The position numbers and the translations under genes are program-made. A DNA stretch of 22,880 nucleotides from the NCBI GenBank assembly GCA_031414595.1, contig JANNVX010000111.1, positions 1 to 22,880 of the forward strand, in the 5' to 3' direction. Position 1 is the stretch's first letter, and each line of letters starts with the position of its first letter. Under the pieces are notes generated by a model. That model saw only the letters and a program-made list of their open reading frames with translations. It was not told the origin of the DNA and ran no database searches. This document shows, piece by piece, positions 1 through 7,979 of the stretch. This DNA comes from Deinococcales bacterium (GTDB taxonomy: Bacteria; Deinococcota; Deinococci; Deinococcales; JAAFIG01).

Positions 1-1
1 C

Positions 2-112
2 TTTGCTGATTTGGATGCTTTGGAAGATATTTTGTGTGACCGTTGTGCTTTTCTGATGCAGAATCCTGAACTGGTTCGTGGTCGGGCTGGTTTTAGCTGG
101 CTCGATGATTAA
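2..112 (+). mobile_element. 3' end of an IS630-family transposase ORF (partial, runs in from the left edge)
   Basis: Frame from nt 2 reads FADLDALEDILCDRCAFLMQNPELVRGRAGFSWLDD*, resembling the F..L..LE..L..RC..L...P..VR....F.W C-terminus of IS630 transposases. It is not in the ORF track because it is short and partial. Confidence 0.65.
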
Positions 113-138
113 ATACTATCTAAGTAAATTTGGTATTA
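113..138 (+). mobile_element. Probable right end (terminal IR plus TA target) of the IS630 element
   Basis: ...AAATTTGGTAT-TA lies shortly after the transposase stop; IS630 elements insert at TA. The left IR is outside the window, so this cannot be confirmed. Confidence 0.45.
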
Positions 139-171
139 TTCTTGACAGTTACACTTTTCACACCTTTAAAT

Positions 172-2016
172 TTATTCAACCGTCACAGATTTGGCTAGGT
201 TACGCGGTTTATCCACGTCTTTACCCAGCGCAGTAGCCGTAAAATACGCCAATAACTGCATCGCAACCGCATTGACCACTGGCGAGACTATCTCATGGCT
301 TTTTGGCACGATAATCACATCGTCGGCGTGGCGGCTGGCTTGGGTATCACCGTCGGAAACCACAGCAATCACCTTGCCACCTCGAGCGCGAACTTCTTGA
401 ATGTTAGAAATAGTTTTCTCGAGCAGTACGCTGTCGGTGGCAATCACGACTACGGGCAGATTTTCATCAATCAGCGCAATTGGTCCGTGCTTCATTTCGC
501 CAGCAGCATAGGCTTCGGCATGAATATAGCTAATTTCTTTAAGTTTCAGTGCGCCTTCATAAGCAGTTGGGCTGTTGACACCGCGACCCAAAAACAAATA
601 GTCTCGGGCATCTTTGTATTTTTCGGCGATGCGTTTGATGTTGGCGACTCGAGTCTCATTCAATGCTTCTTCGACCAAACGCGGCAATTCCCTTGCGCTG
701 CGGATTAACTCTGCGCCTTTGACAGCATCAAGTGTACCCCTTGCGCGTCCAAGCCACAGCGCCAGCATCAACATGGCACTGACCATGCTGGTATACGCCT
801 TAGTGCTTGCCACACCAATTTCTGGACCAGCATGAATATAGAGCGTGTCGTCTACTTCTCGAGTCATGCTGCTGCCTTTGGCGTTAATAATACCCAATGT
901 TTTCGCGCCACTTTTTTTGGCTTCGCGCAGTGCCTCTAAAGTATCTATTGTTTCGCCACTTTGCGAAATCACAATCGCTAAGGTATTTTCTGAAACCAAA
1001 GGTTGACGGTAGCGGTACTCGGAAGCAACATCTATTTCGACTGGAACTCGAGCCAACTGCTCGATTAAATACTCGCCGACCAGACCAGCGTAAAAGGCAG
1101 TACCACAAGCAATGATGCTGATGCGCTTAAAACTGGCTGGGTCGAGGTTAAGTTCTAATTCAACTTCGCCAGTCTCGTCATGTAAACGCCCAAGTAAGGT
1201 GTTTGACAAGGCTTGGGGTTGCTCATAGATTTCTTTAAGCATATAGGTGTCAAAACCACTTTTTTCGGCGGCTTCGGCATCCCAGTCAATGTGGCTGACT
1301 TCTCGAGAGACGGTGTTGCCTTGAAGATCCATGATGCGGTAACTCGAGTCGGTTAAAACCACCATATCACCATCGTGTAAAAACACCACTTCTCGAGTGT
1401 AATTAAGCAGTGCTGGCACGTCGGAAGCCAAAAACATTTCGTCATGCCCCACACCCATAACCAGCGGCGAAACGGTTCTGGCTGCCACAATTTCGCGGTG
1501 GTCACGGTGCGTAACCACAATTCCATAAGCGCCGCGTACCTCGGATAATGCGTTTCGCACTGCCTGCTCGAGATTACCCGAACCGGACGCGCCACGGGTG
1601 GTCTCATATTTTTCTTCGATTAAATGTACCAACACTTCCGAATCGGTTTCGGACTTAAAAACATGTCCCCTTGCTTGCAGTGCCTCTTTTAGGGGCAAAT
1701 AATTTTCGATAATGCCATTGTGGATAATTACGATACTGCCATCTTCAGAGGCGTGTGGGTGGGCATTGACATCGTTGGGCTTGCCGTGGGTTGCCCAGCG
1801 TGTATGTCCAATACCAAGTGTGCCAAGCAGATTTTCTTGGGCTAATTCGGCTTGTAGAATAGCGAGTTTACCCGCGTTTTTACGCACTTCAAGATTTGTG
1901 CCATTATGAACTGCCACGCCCGAAGAGTCATAGCCACGATACTCAAGTTTAGAAAGACCAGAGATTAAGACTTCGGTGGCGTTGCGTGTTCCAATATAAC
2001 CAACTATTCCGCACAT
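172..2016 (-). CDS. glmS: Glutamine--fructose-6-phosphate aminotransferase (isomerizing)
   Basis: N-terminal MCGIVG (Ntn catalytic Cys), GHTRWATHG, HNGIIENY, SQSGET, C-terminal DKPRNLAKSVTVE; 614 aa; SD GTGAGG upstream. Confidence 0.99.
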   Translation of the reverse strand: MCGIVGYIGTRNATEVLISGLSKLEYRGYDSSGVAVHNGTNLEVRKNAGKLAILQAELAQENLLGTLGIGHTRWATHGKPNDVNAHPHASEDGSIVIIHNGIIENYLPLKEALQARGHVFKSETDSEVLVHLIEEKYETTRGASGSGNLEQAVRNALSEVRGAYGIVVTHRDHREIVAARTVSPLVMGVGHDEMFLASDVPALLNYTREVVFLHDGDMVVLTDSSYRIMDLQGNTVSREVSHIDWDAEAAEKSGFDTYMLKEIYEQPQALSNTLLGRLHDETGEVELELNLDPASFKRISIIACGTAFYAGLVGEYLIEQLARVPVEIDVASEYRYRQPLVSENTLAIVISQSGETIDTLEALREAKKSGAKTLGIINAKGSSMTREVDDTLYIHAGPEIGVASTKAYTSMVSAMLMLALWLGRARGTLDAVKGAELIRSARELPRLVEEALNETRVANIKRIAEKYKDARDYLFLGRGVNSPTAYEGALKLKEISYIHAEAYAAGEMKHGPIALIDENLPVVVIATDSVLLEKTISNIQEVRARGGKVIAVVSDGDTQASRHADDVIIVPKSHEIVSPVVNAVAMQLLAYFTATALGKDVDKPRNLAKSVTVE

Positions 2017-2065
2017 GAAAAAACCTCACAAATACAGCAACTCGAGTTATTCTCGAGTCTGGAAA

Positions 2066-2250
2066 TTCCCTGCTCCTTAGTTTGTGTCCGTTTCGCAACG
2101 TGTTTTCTAAGGGCTTTTTGATTCGGGCGGCTGGGGGTACAGCCGAAGGACATCCGCAGATTATGGTGTTACCACCGCTTTTCGATAATCCTTACCTCGT
2201 GTTCTCGAGCATGGTTTTCTTTGACCGATGTAACCCGAGACCTTGCGCTT
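2066..2250 (-). ncRNA. glmS ribozyme (GlcN6P-activated self-cleaving riboswitch)
   Basis: Minus strand reads A|GCGCAAGG, P1 (UCUCGGG/CUCGAGA), ACGAGG, UAAGGA, UUAUCGA...UCUGCGGAUG, UCCUU, P3 (CGGCUG/CAGCCG), P4 (CCUUAG/CUAAGG) and P4.1 (CGUU-GCGA-AACG), directly upstream of glmS. Predicted cleavage is between 2249 and 2248. Confidence 0.92.
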
Positions 2251-2449
2251 CCCTATTTTGAATACGACTTAGCAGCCTCCAAATACCGTAACATAGGATG
2301 ATACACCATCATGAGTAACTTGTGTAAAGCACTCAACAATTTGACTGGCAAAATTCCAGATTTTAGGAGCAATAGCTCGGAATGTTTTTAATTTTTCACC
2401 TCAGTAAACTCTAGCATTTGACACTTCCATGACGTAAACTTGGTACTCA

Positions 2450-3610
2450 ATGCAATTGGCTGCGGTTACAGATTCGATTCTCGATGCCTCACGGGTCGCC
2501 AGTGCTTTTGCACGGGCTGGGCATGAGACTACGCTGCTCCTGCATGAACACAGCCAAAAAACCGTCGGTGGCAGTGCTTTGGTTTTAGATGCAGATTTGC
2601 GTGGGCTTTCTAAGCTCGACTCGAGAACCCGCTTACAGAACTTGGGGCGAAATTTGCGAAACAGCCAAATTGCTTTTTTTCGTTTTGACTCGAGTCTGCG
2701 CCGCCCGTGGGACGACCTCTTCGCCACGCTCGAAGCCAGTGGGCGCAACAAAGTGATTTTAGCCGCTTTTAGCCCGCTCGAAGGCTTTGAAGTGCGACAT
2801 GGCACAGTCTTTTGGCATGGTTCGCCGCTTCACCGTAGCAGTTTAGCCAGAGACCGGCTGAACCCAGTCTATGATGCCAACATCCCAGATTTACTCGAGC
2901 GTGAAGGGCTTGGTGCGGTGGCATTGGTGCGAGATATAAACCCGCAGACCATCCAAGCCGCCCTCGAGAAAGCCCGTTTTGTGATTGTGGACGGAGGCAA
3001 CCGAGGCGATATTGAAAACTTAGTCGCCAGTGTTCAAGACCCCCAAAGTGTTTTGTGGGCGGGCAGTGCTAATCTTGCTCGGGCAATTGGCGCGGCTTTT
3101 GCAGTCGGTGAAGCACCAGACTTTGAGCGTACCGATTTGGTCGCCCCGACCCTGCTTGCCCTTGGTGGCAACTTGCAAAAAATAGAACAACTCAAAATCC
3201 TAAAAGCCGCAGGATTAAGCACCGTTGCCCTCGAGCCGAACGAACAAGGCATTGCCAGAGCCGTGACCCAAGCCAGAACTGCCTTAGAAAAAACAGGCTG
3301 TGCCTTGTATCTCGAATTACCACCAAGTGCTTTTGGAATTCCAGCCGCCCAAGTGCAACGCAATTCGCTCGAGGCGTTGTCGGAAGTGATTGCCCAGTTA
3401 TCGCAAAACAACTGCTTTGAAAACCTGTTGCTCTGCGGCACACCACTTGCCACCAGCAGTTTAAGGCGCTTAAATGCCCAAGGGATTCACATTGACCCAT
3501 TTACCGACAGCACCCATTTAATCGCTCCAAATCCACACCGAATTCAGGTCAGAGCCTCGAGTGACACGCCACAAACCCTGCTTGGGGCGTACCAATGTTT
3601 GGCTGGTTAA
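2450..3610 (+). CDS. Four-carbon acid sugar kinase (DUF1537/YgbK)-like protein with degenerate motifs
   Basis: Layout matches the family: N-terminal AAVTDSILDA (cf. IADDLTGA), RFDSSLRR (cf. KIDSTLRG), VIVDG, WAGSANLARA (cf. GSAGLA). Confidence 0.7.
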   Translation: MQLAAVTDSILDASRVASAFARAGHETTLLLHEHSQKTVGGSALVLDADLRGLSKLDSRTRLQNLGRNLRNSQIAFFRFDSSLRRPWDDLFATLEASGRNKVILAAFSPLEGFEVRHGTVFWHGSPLHRSSLARDRLNPVYDANIPDLLEREGLGAVALVRDINPQTIQAALEKARFVIVDGGNRGDIENLVASVQDPQSVLWAGSANLARAIGAAFAVGEAPDFERTDLVAPTLLALGGNLQKIEQLKILKAAGLSTVALEPNEQGIARAVTQARTALEKTGCALYLELPPSAFGIPAAQVQRNSLEALSEVIAQLSQNNCFENLLLCGTPLATSSLRRLNAQGIHIDPFTDSTHLIAPNPHRIQVRASSDTPQTLLGAYQCLAG

Positions 3611-3637
3611 ACATACCCATGTTTGGCTGGTTAAACC
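3590..3637 (+). repeat. 24-bp tandem duplication across the stop codon
   Basis: TACCAATGTTTGGCTGGTTAAACA followed by TACCCATGTTTGGCTGGTTAAACC (2 mismatches). Confidence 0.9.
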
Positions 3638-3642
3638 AAGAA

Positions 3643-3651
3643 TGTTAGAAT
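3643..3651 (+). promoter_or_regulatory. Extended -10 of a probable leaderless promoter
   Basis: TG-t-TAGAAT lies 6 nt before the ATG at 3658, with no clear SD; this is typical Deinococcus leaderless geometry. Confidence 0.6.
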
Positions 3652-3657
3652 ATAGGC

Positions 3658-4080
3658 ATGGGTATTTCCTCGGTTCGTACAGATTTTTCGCCTCGCGGTA
3701 ATGATGTCCTAGATGTTCTCGAGGGCGAATATGCCCTGATTTCTTTATTGCCAAATACTGAAATCAGGCTACCTGCGACTGGCGCTCTGCGGGTTTTAAT
3801 CGAAGACCCTTTTGAAACCACCCTGATTCTCGAGGTTAGCGCATGGCAAAAAATCACTCATCTGTACCCAGAAGCCCGAGCCAATGGGCATTACCGAGCG
3901 ATACGACTTTCCCAAGATTTTCCACTCGAGACGGTCGGTGTGATGGCAAAACTGACCACTGCACTGGCACAAGCAGGGGTCAGTATTATGGCGTACAGTA
4001 CCTTCAAAACCGATGTGGTGTTGGTGCGAGAATGGGAATTATCTAAGGCACTTGGCGCACTCTGGGACTTGCGTTTCTAG
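3658..4080 (+). CDS. ACT-domain protein (ACT_7/CASTOR-like)
   Basis: C-terminal VGVMAKLTTALAQAGVSIMAYSTFKTDVVLV is the ACT_7 signature. Confidence 0.85.
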   Translation: MGISSVRTDFSPRGNDVLDVLEGEYALISLLPNTEIRLPATGALRVLIEDPFETTLILEVSAWQKITHLYPEARANGHYRAIRLSQDFPLETVGVMAKLTTALAQAGVSIMAYSTFKTDVVLVREWELSKALGALWDLRF

Positions 4081-4081
4081 C

Positions 4082-4951
4082 TTACTTGATACTGCCGTTT
4101 AAGCCACTCGGGAAGAAACCACCGCTTGTTGTGCCACCCAAGTAAACAATTTTTAAGACTTCGGCGGTGCTGCGGCTAAAGGCTATCGAATTAGCATCGG
4201 TCGGTAGGATATTGGCTTTTCCACCAACCACCAAACCTTGGTCTTTACCGCCACCAACACTGCCACGCAAATCCGAGATTTTTTGGACAATCGTTTCGAC
4301 GGTGACGTTGTATGGGGTCATGATGTCTTTTTGTTGGTACAAAAGGGTACGGATTTCGCCAGCATGGTATGCCTCAACCCCAAGAATTCCGGCGGCTGCC
4401 TCGAGAAAGTCTTTATTGGTGATTAAACGGGCTGCGCCTTTGTAAGCGGTCACACCGACATCTTCAAAAATAAATGCACCATGCAAAAAGAACAACTCGT
4501 TGGCATAGGGGTCAAAGGCTGGGCTTAAGGTTGCGGCAAAAGCAGCATTGGCGGCGGCAGCAAAGGCTGGACCAATGTCTATTTGTGGACGCGCCACAGC
4601 TTTAGAACCAAGTGCTGCCCGTAAAAACTTGACATGGGCTTCTTCGTCCAGAGCAATTTCTTCGGCGTATGCCTGAATCGCAGGAGTGGCAAAAGTGACT
4701 TTGCGTCCACCAATTGGCGCGGGACCACCGCCACTGTCGGCGGCACTGAGTGAGCGTCCAAAGGCAGCTTGTAAGTAAAATTCGGCTTCTAAATACTCGA
4801 GATTTAGCGCAAAGTTAAGAACATCCACATCAATATCTGGCATTTGTGCAACTACTGTTGGCACACAGGCGGCAAGGGTAGCACCCACGCCCATCATTCC
4901 GAGGCTTCCGAGGGCTTGACGACGACTGAGGTTACGTGTATTGGTTGACAT
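4082..4951 (-). CDS. Ferritin-like desiccation-related protein (PCC13-62/DR_B0118 type), predicted Tat lipoprotein
   Basis: SRRQAL twin-arginine motif, LAAC lipobox, DVLNFALNLEYLEAEFY, EEAH, FEDVGVTAYKGAA, VEAYHAG, C-terminal GGFFPSGLNG. Confidence 0.92.
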   Translation of the reverse strand: MSTNTRNLSRRQALGSLGMMGVGATLAACVPTVVAQMPDIDVDVLNFALNLEYLEAEFYLQAAFGRSLSAADSGGGPAPIGGRKVTFATPAIQAYAEEIALDEEAHVKFLRAALGSKAVARPQIDIGPAFAAAANAAFAATLSPAFDPYANELFFLHGAFIFEDVGVTAYKGAARLITNKDFLEAAAGILGVEAYHAGEIRTLLYQQKDIMTPYNVTVETIVQKISDLRGSVGGGKDQGLVVGGKANILPTDANSIAFSRSTAEVLKIVYLGGTTSGGFFPSGLNGSIK

Positions 4952-5013
4952 AAAATTCCTCCACCAAAGATTGTTGCAACAACCCTTAGTCTAAAAGCGC
5001 TTCAACTTGGATG

Positions 5014-5039
5014 TACGCAAAGCCATCAGCCTTTGGATG
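5014..5039 (-). promoter_or_regulatory. Putative ECF-sigma promoter of the ferritin-like gene
   Basis: Minus strand CATCC-N17-CGTA about 60 nt upstream of the start; resembles SigK/ECF26-type promoters as I recall them. Confidence 0.5.
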
Positions 5040-5126
5040 TGGCGGCGCGGTGTGTGTCTTTGGGTGTAGACTTGGGTTCTTCAAGAACCTCGGGTCTAAG
5101 CCTTCATTTAATGTAAGGGGTGGATT

Positions 5127-7157
5127 ATGCGCGTCAGAAATGTGGCGGTGGTTGGTCATAACGGGGCTGGGAAAACCAGTCTGGTTGAAGCAATGCTTTT
5201 TAGAACTGGCTTAAAAGACCGCCTAGGACGGGTCGAGGACGGTACAACCGCTTCGGATCACCTCGAAGCCGAAAAGCGCCGAGGCATGAGCATTGCCACC
5301 AGTGTCTTAAATGTGACGTGGCAAGACACCCAAATCAATTTGTTAGACACCCCCGGTTATGCCGATTTTGTCGGCGAGATACGCGGAGCGCTGCGGGCTG
5401 CCGATTCTGCCCTTGTTGTGGTAAATGCCACGGCTGGCGTGGCAGTCGGCACAGAACGTACTTGGAACACCGCCGAGGAATTTGGCTTACCTCGAGTCGT
5501 GGCAATTACCAAGCTAGACCGTGAACACGCCAGTTTTTTTGGAGCGCTTGCCAGTGTCCAAGATACCTTATCGCCTCATGCGGTGGCGGTTTTTATCCCG
5601 ATAGGCACAGAAAGTAATTTTAGGGGCGTAATAGATTTACTGACCGATAAAGCCTACACCTACACAAGCGGTAAGCTCGAAGTCTCGAGTATCCCAGAAG
5701 CCCTTGCAGAATCGGCTCGAGCGCAACGCACCAAGCTAATCGAGGCGATTGTTGAAACAAACGAAGATTTGCTCGAGTTGTACCTAGCCGACGAACCAAT
5801 TCCAGATGATACTTTGCAACAAGCCTTTTTAGATGCGGTGCATCGGGCAGAGATTTTTCCAGTCATCCCTGTTTCCGGTACAGGTTTAATCGCCATCGAA
5901 CCACTGCTTGAGTTAATGCGTGGTTGCCTACGCGCCCCCGAGGAACGCCGCCCAGTCATCGGCACGGACGGTGAAGAACGAGAATGTAGCCCGTCTGCCC
6001 CGCTCTCGGCTCGAGTTTGGCGGGTGGCAATAGACCCTTTTGTTGGCAAAGTGGCGTACCTACGAATTTGGAGTGGCACGCTTCACGCGGGTCAAACCGT
6101 CCATAACTCGCATACCGATAAGGATTTTCGCCCAGCCCATTTGTATGTTCTGGTTGGTAAAGACCTTAAGGAAGTGCCAGTTCTCGAGGCTGGAATGATT
6201 GGCGCAATCACCAAAATCCCAGATTTGCACACCGGCGACACGATTTGCGACCCCGAAAATCCCATAGATTTTGGAGCGCTTGAACTGCCAGAACCGATGA
6301 CCAGCATTGCGATTCATGCCGCCACGCGAAGCGATGAGGACAAACTCGGCACAGCGATAGGCAAGTTACTCGAGGAAGACCCAACGCTCCATTTGGTACG
6401 CAACACCGAAACCTTAGAATCCTTACTCGAGGGCATGGGTCACACGCATTTAGAAGTAGCAGTCGAAAAACTTGGGATTATGGGTGTGAGCGTCAAAGCC
6501 ACCACCCCAAAAATTGCCTACCGAGAAACAGTTCGCGGTGTGGGGAGCGCCCAAGGTAAATTCAAAAAACAAAGCGGAGGACACGGACAATACGGCGATT
6601 GTTGGCTGCGTCTCGAGCCAAGTTTAGAGGATTTTGAATTCAAATCCGAAGTGGTTGGTGGAACAATCCCAACCAAGTACATCCCCAGTGTCGAAAAAGG
6701 AGTCGAAGAAGCCCGCCATCACGGGGTCTTGTCTGGTTTTTTAGTCCAGAACATCAAAGCCGTGGTCTATGAAGGCAGTTACCACGATGTAGATTCTTCA
6801 GACATTGCCTTTAAGCAGGCTGGAATTATTGCGTTTAAGGCTGCCATGGAAAAAGCCAAACCCAGCCTCCTCGAGCCAGTCATGCTCCTAAAAGTCCGTG
6901 TTCCAGAGCGCTACACCGGCGAAATTCTAGGCGACCTCAACACGAGACGAGCCAAAGTCCAAGGCATGGATCCCGACGGCGCAGTGACCGTCATCAGCGC
7001 CCTTGTGCCACTGGTAGAAGTCCAGAATTACAGCCCAGACCTGCACAGCCTAACTGGAGGACGCGGCGCGTACAGCCTAAAATTTGACCATTATGCCGAT
7101 GTGCCAGCCTTAAGTGCCGAAAAAATCATTGCCGCCCGAAAACTCGAGACAACATGA
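5127..7157 (+). CDS. fusA: Elongation factor G paralogue (EF-G2)
   Basis: [43 protein letters not shown]; five-domain EF-G length; not in the rpsL-rpsG-fus-tuf operon. Confidence 0.93.
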   Translation: MRVRNVAVVGHNGAGKTSLVEAMLFRTGLKDRLGRVEDGTTASDHLEAEKRRGMSIATSVLNVTWQDTQINLLDTPGYADFVGEIRGALRAADSALVVVNATAGVAVGTERTWNTAEEFGLPRVVAITKLDREHASFFGALASVQDTLSPHAVAVFIPIGTESNFRGVIDLLTDKAYTYTSGKLEVSSIPEALAESARAQRTKLIEAIVETNEDLLELYLADEPIPDDTLQQAFLDAVHRAEIFPVIPVSGTGLIAIEPLLELMRGCLRAPEERRPVIGTDGEERECSPSAPLSARVWRVAIDPFVGKVAYLRIWSGTLHAGQTVHNSHTDKDFRPAHLYVLVGKDLKEVPVLEAGMIGAITKIPDLHTGDTICDPENPIDFGALELPEPMTSIAIHAATRSDEDKLGTAIGKLLEEDPTLHLVRNTETLESLLEGMGHTHLEVAVEKLGIMGVSVKATTPKIAYRETVRGVGSAQGKFKKQSGGHGQYGDCWLRLEPSLEDFEFKSEVVGGTIPTKYIPSVEKGVEEARHHGVLSGFLVQNIKAVVYEGSYHDVDSSDIAFKQAGIIAFKAAMEKAKPSLLEPVMLLKVRVPERYTGEILGDLNTRRAKVQGMDPDGAVTVISALVPLVEVQNYSPDLHSLTGGRGAYSLKFDHYADVPALSAEKIIAARKLETT

Positions 7158-7163
7158 GTGCAT

Positions 7164-7207
7164 AGGCGAAGGTTTTACTTTTGCCCTTCGCCTTTCGCCC
7201 TTCGCCT
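7164..7207 (+). repeat. Heptamer tandem repeat (TTYGCCY x4) with an upstream complementary arm
   Basis: TTTGCCC TTCGCCT TTCGCCC TTCGCCT at 7180-7207; AGGCGAAGG at 7164-7172 can pair with CCTTCGCCT. Confidence 0.75.
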
Positions 7208-7298
7208 TCTTTTGTCCCTCTTCCGTTAAGACCTTCTTTGGTGTACACTCCCAAGGCTTGCCGTGCCGAATTACAGTAGCGTGGCTTTGGAGGATTTT

Positions 7299-7895
7299 GT
7301 GGAATTAAAAGCAGTATTACGAACTGAAAAACCAAGCAGCTTACGCGCCGAAGGGTTGTTGCCTGCCGTGGTTTACGATAAGAACACCAATAAGAACATC
7401 TATGTTGAATTGAAGGCTTTTGATAAAGCATTTCGTAAAGTCAGCACCCACGGTGTAATTACTTTGATGTTTGACGATGGCACTCATTTGGATACCTTGG
7501 TCAAAGCTGTAGCGATGAATAAGAAAAAGCGGATTGCCGAACACGCCGACTTTTTGATTGTGGCTGACGAACCAATTGATGTGGTTATTCCAGTTCATAC
7601 CAAAGGTGTGTCTTTGGCGGTTAAGGCTGGTGGGGTTTTGGACATCGTGGCACATCATGTCACGGTTCACTGTACTCCGAAACGGATTCCACAAGAATTC
7701 GTGGTGGACATCACCAATCTTGGAATCAACGAACCTGTTCACACGGGCGATTTGGTAATGCCAGAAGGCGTTAAGCTGGTTTCTGACCCCAAAGCCACGG
7801 TACTTGTGATTCACCGTTCGCGTTCAGGCGACGAGGTTGTGGCAGTAGCCGCCGAACCAGAAGTGATTACCAAAGGTAAAAAAGAAGTTAAGTAA
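7299..7895 (+). CDS. rplY: 50S ribosomal protein bL25/Ctc (long form)
   Basis: LRAEGLLPAVVY, EHADF, GGVLD, IPQEFVVDITNL, EPEVITKGKKE. Start moved from the track's 7263 to GTG 7299, which follows SD GGAGG. Confidence 0.95.
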   Translation: MELKAVLRTEKPSSLRAEGLLPAVVYDKNTNKNIYVELKAFDKAFRKVSTHGVITLMFDDGTHLDTLVKAVAMNKKKRIAEHADFLIVADEPIDVVIPVHTKGVSLAVKAGGVLDIVAHHVTVHCTPKRIPQEFVVDITNLGINEPVHTGDLVMPEGVKLVSDPKATVLVIHRSRSGDEVVAVAAEPEVITKGKKEVK

Positions 7896-7912
7896 ACGGT
7901 TAAGCGTTTCTC

Positions 7913-7941
7913 AAGCGGGACGCAAATCGCGTCCCGCTTTT
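7913..7941 (+). terminator. Rho-independent terminator after rplY
   Basis: AAGCGGGACGC-aaatc-GCGTCCCGCTT followed by a T run. Confidence 0.85.
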
Positions 7942-7979
7942 GCTTGTTGAGGCTTTTGGTCTTAAAATAGGACGAATCC

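Noticed and set aside
2421-2437. Possible second RDRM (ACACTTCCATGACGTAA) upstream of the DUF1537-like gene
   Set aside because: Only the right half matches; the left half lacks TT(A/C)(T/C)G.
3590-3637. CRISPR-like interpretation of the short direct repeats (also 20089 and 22376)
   Set aside because: Only two copies each, with spacers of 10 nt or less and no cas genes.
7263-7298. Longer N-termini in the ORF track for rplY (also 12763, 15283, 17609, 20060, 22399)
   Set aside because: Downstream starts have better SDs or translational coupling and match family N-termini; the extensions run through leaders, REPs or neighbouring genes.
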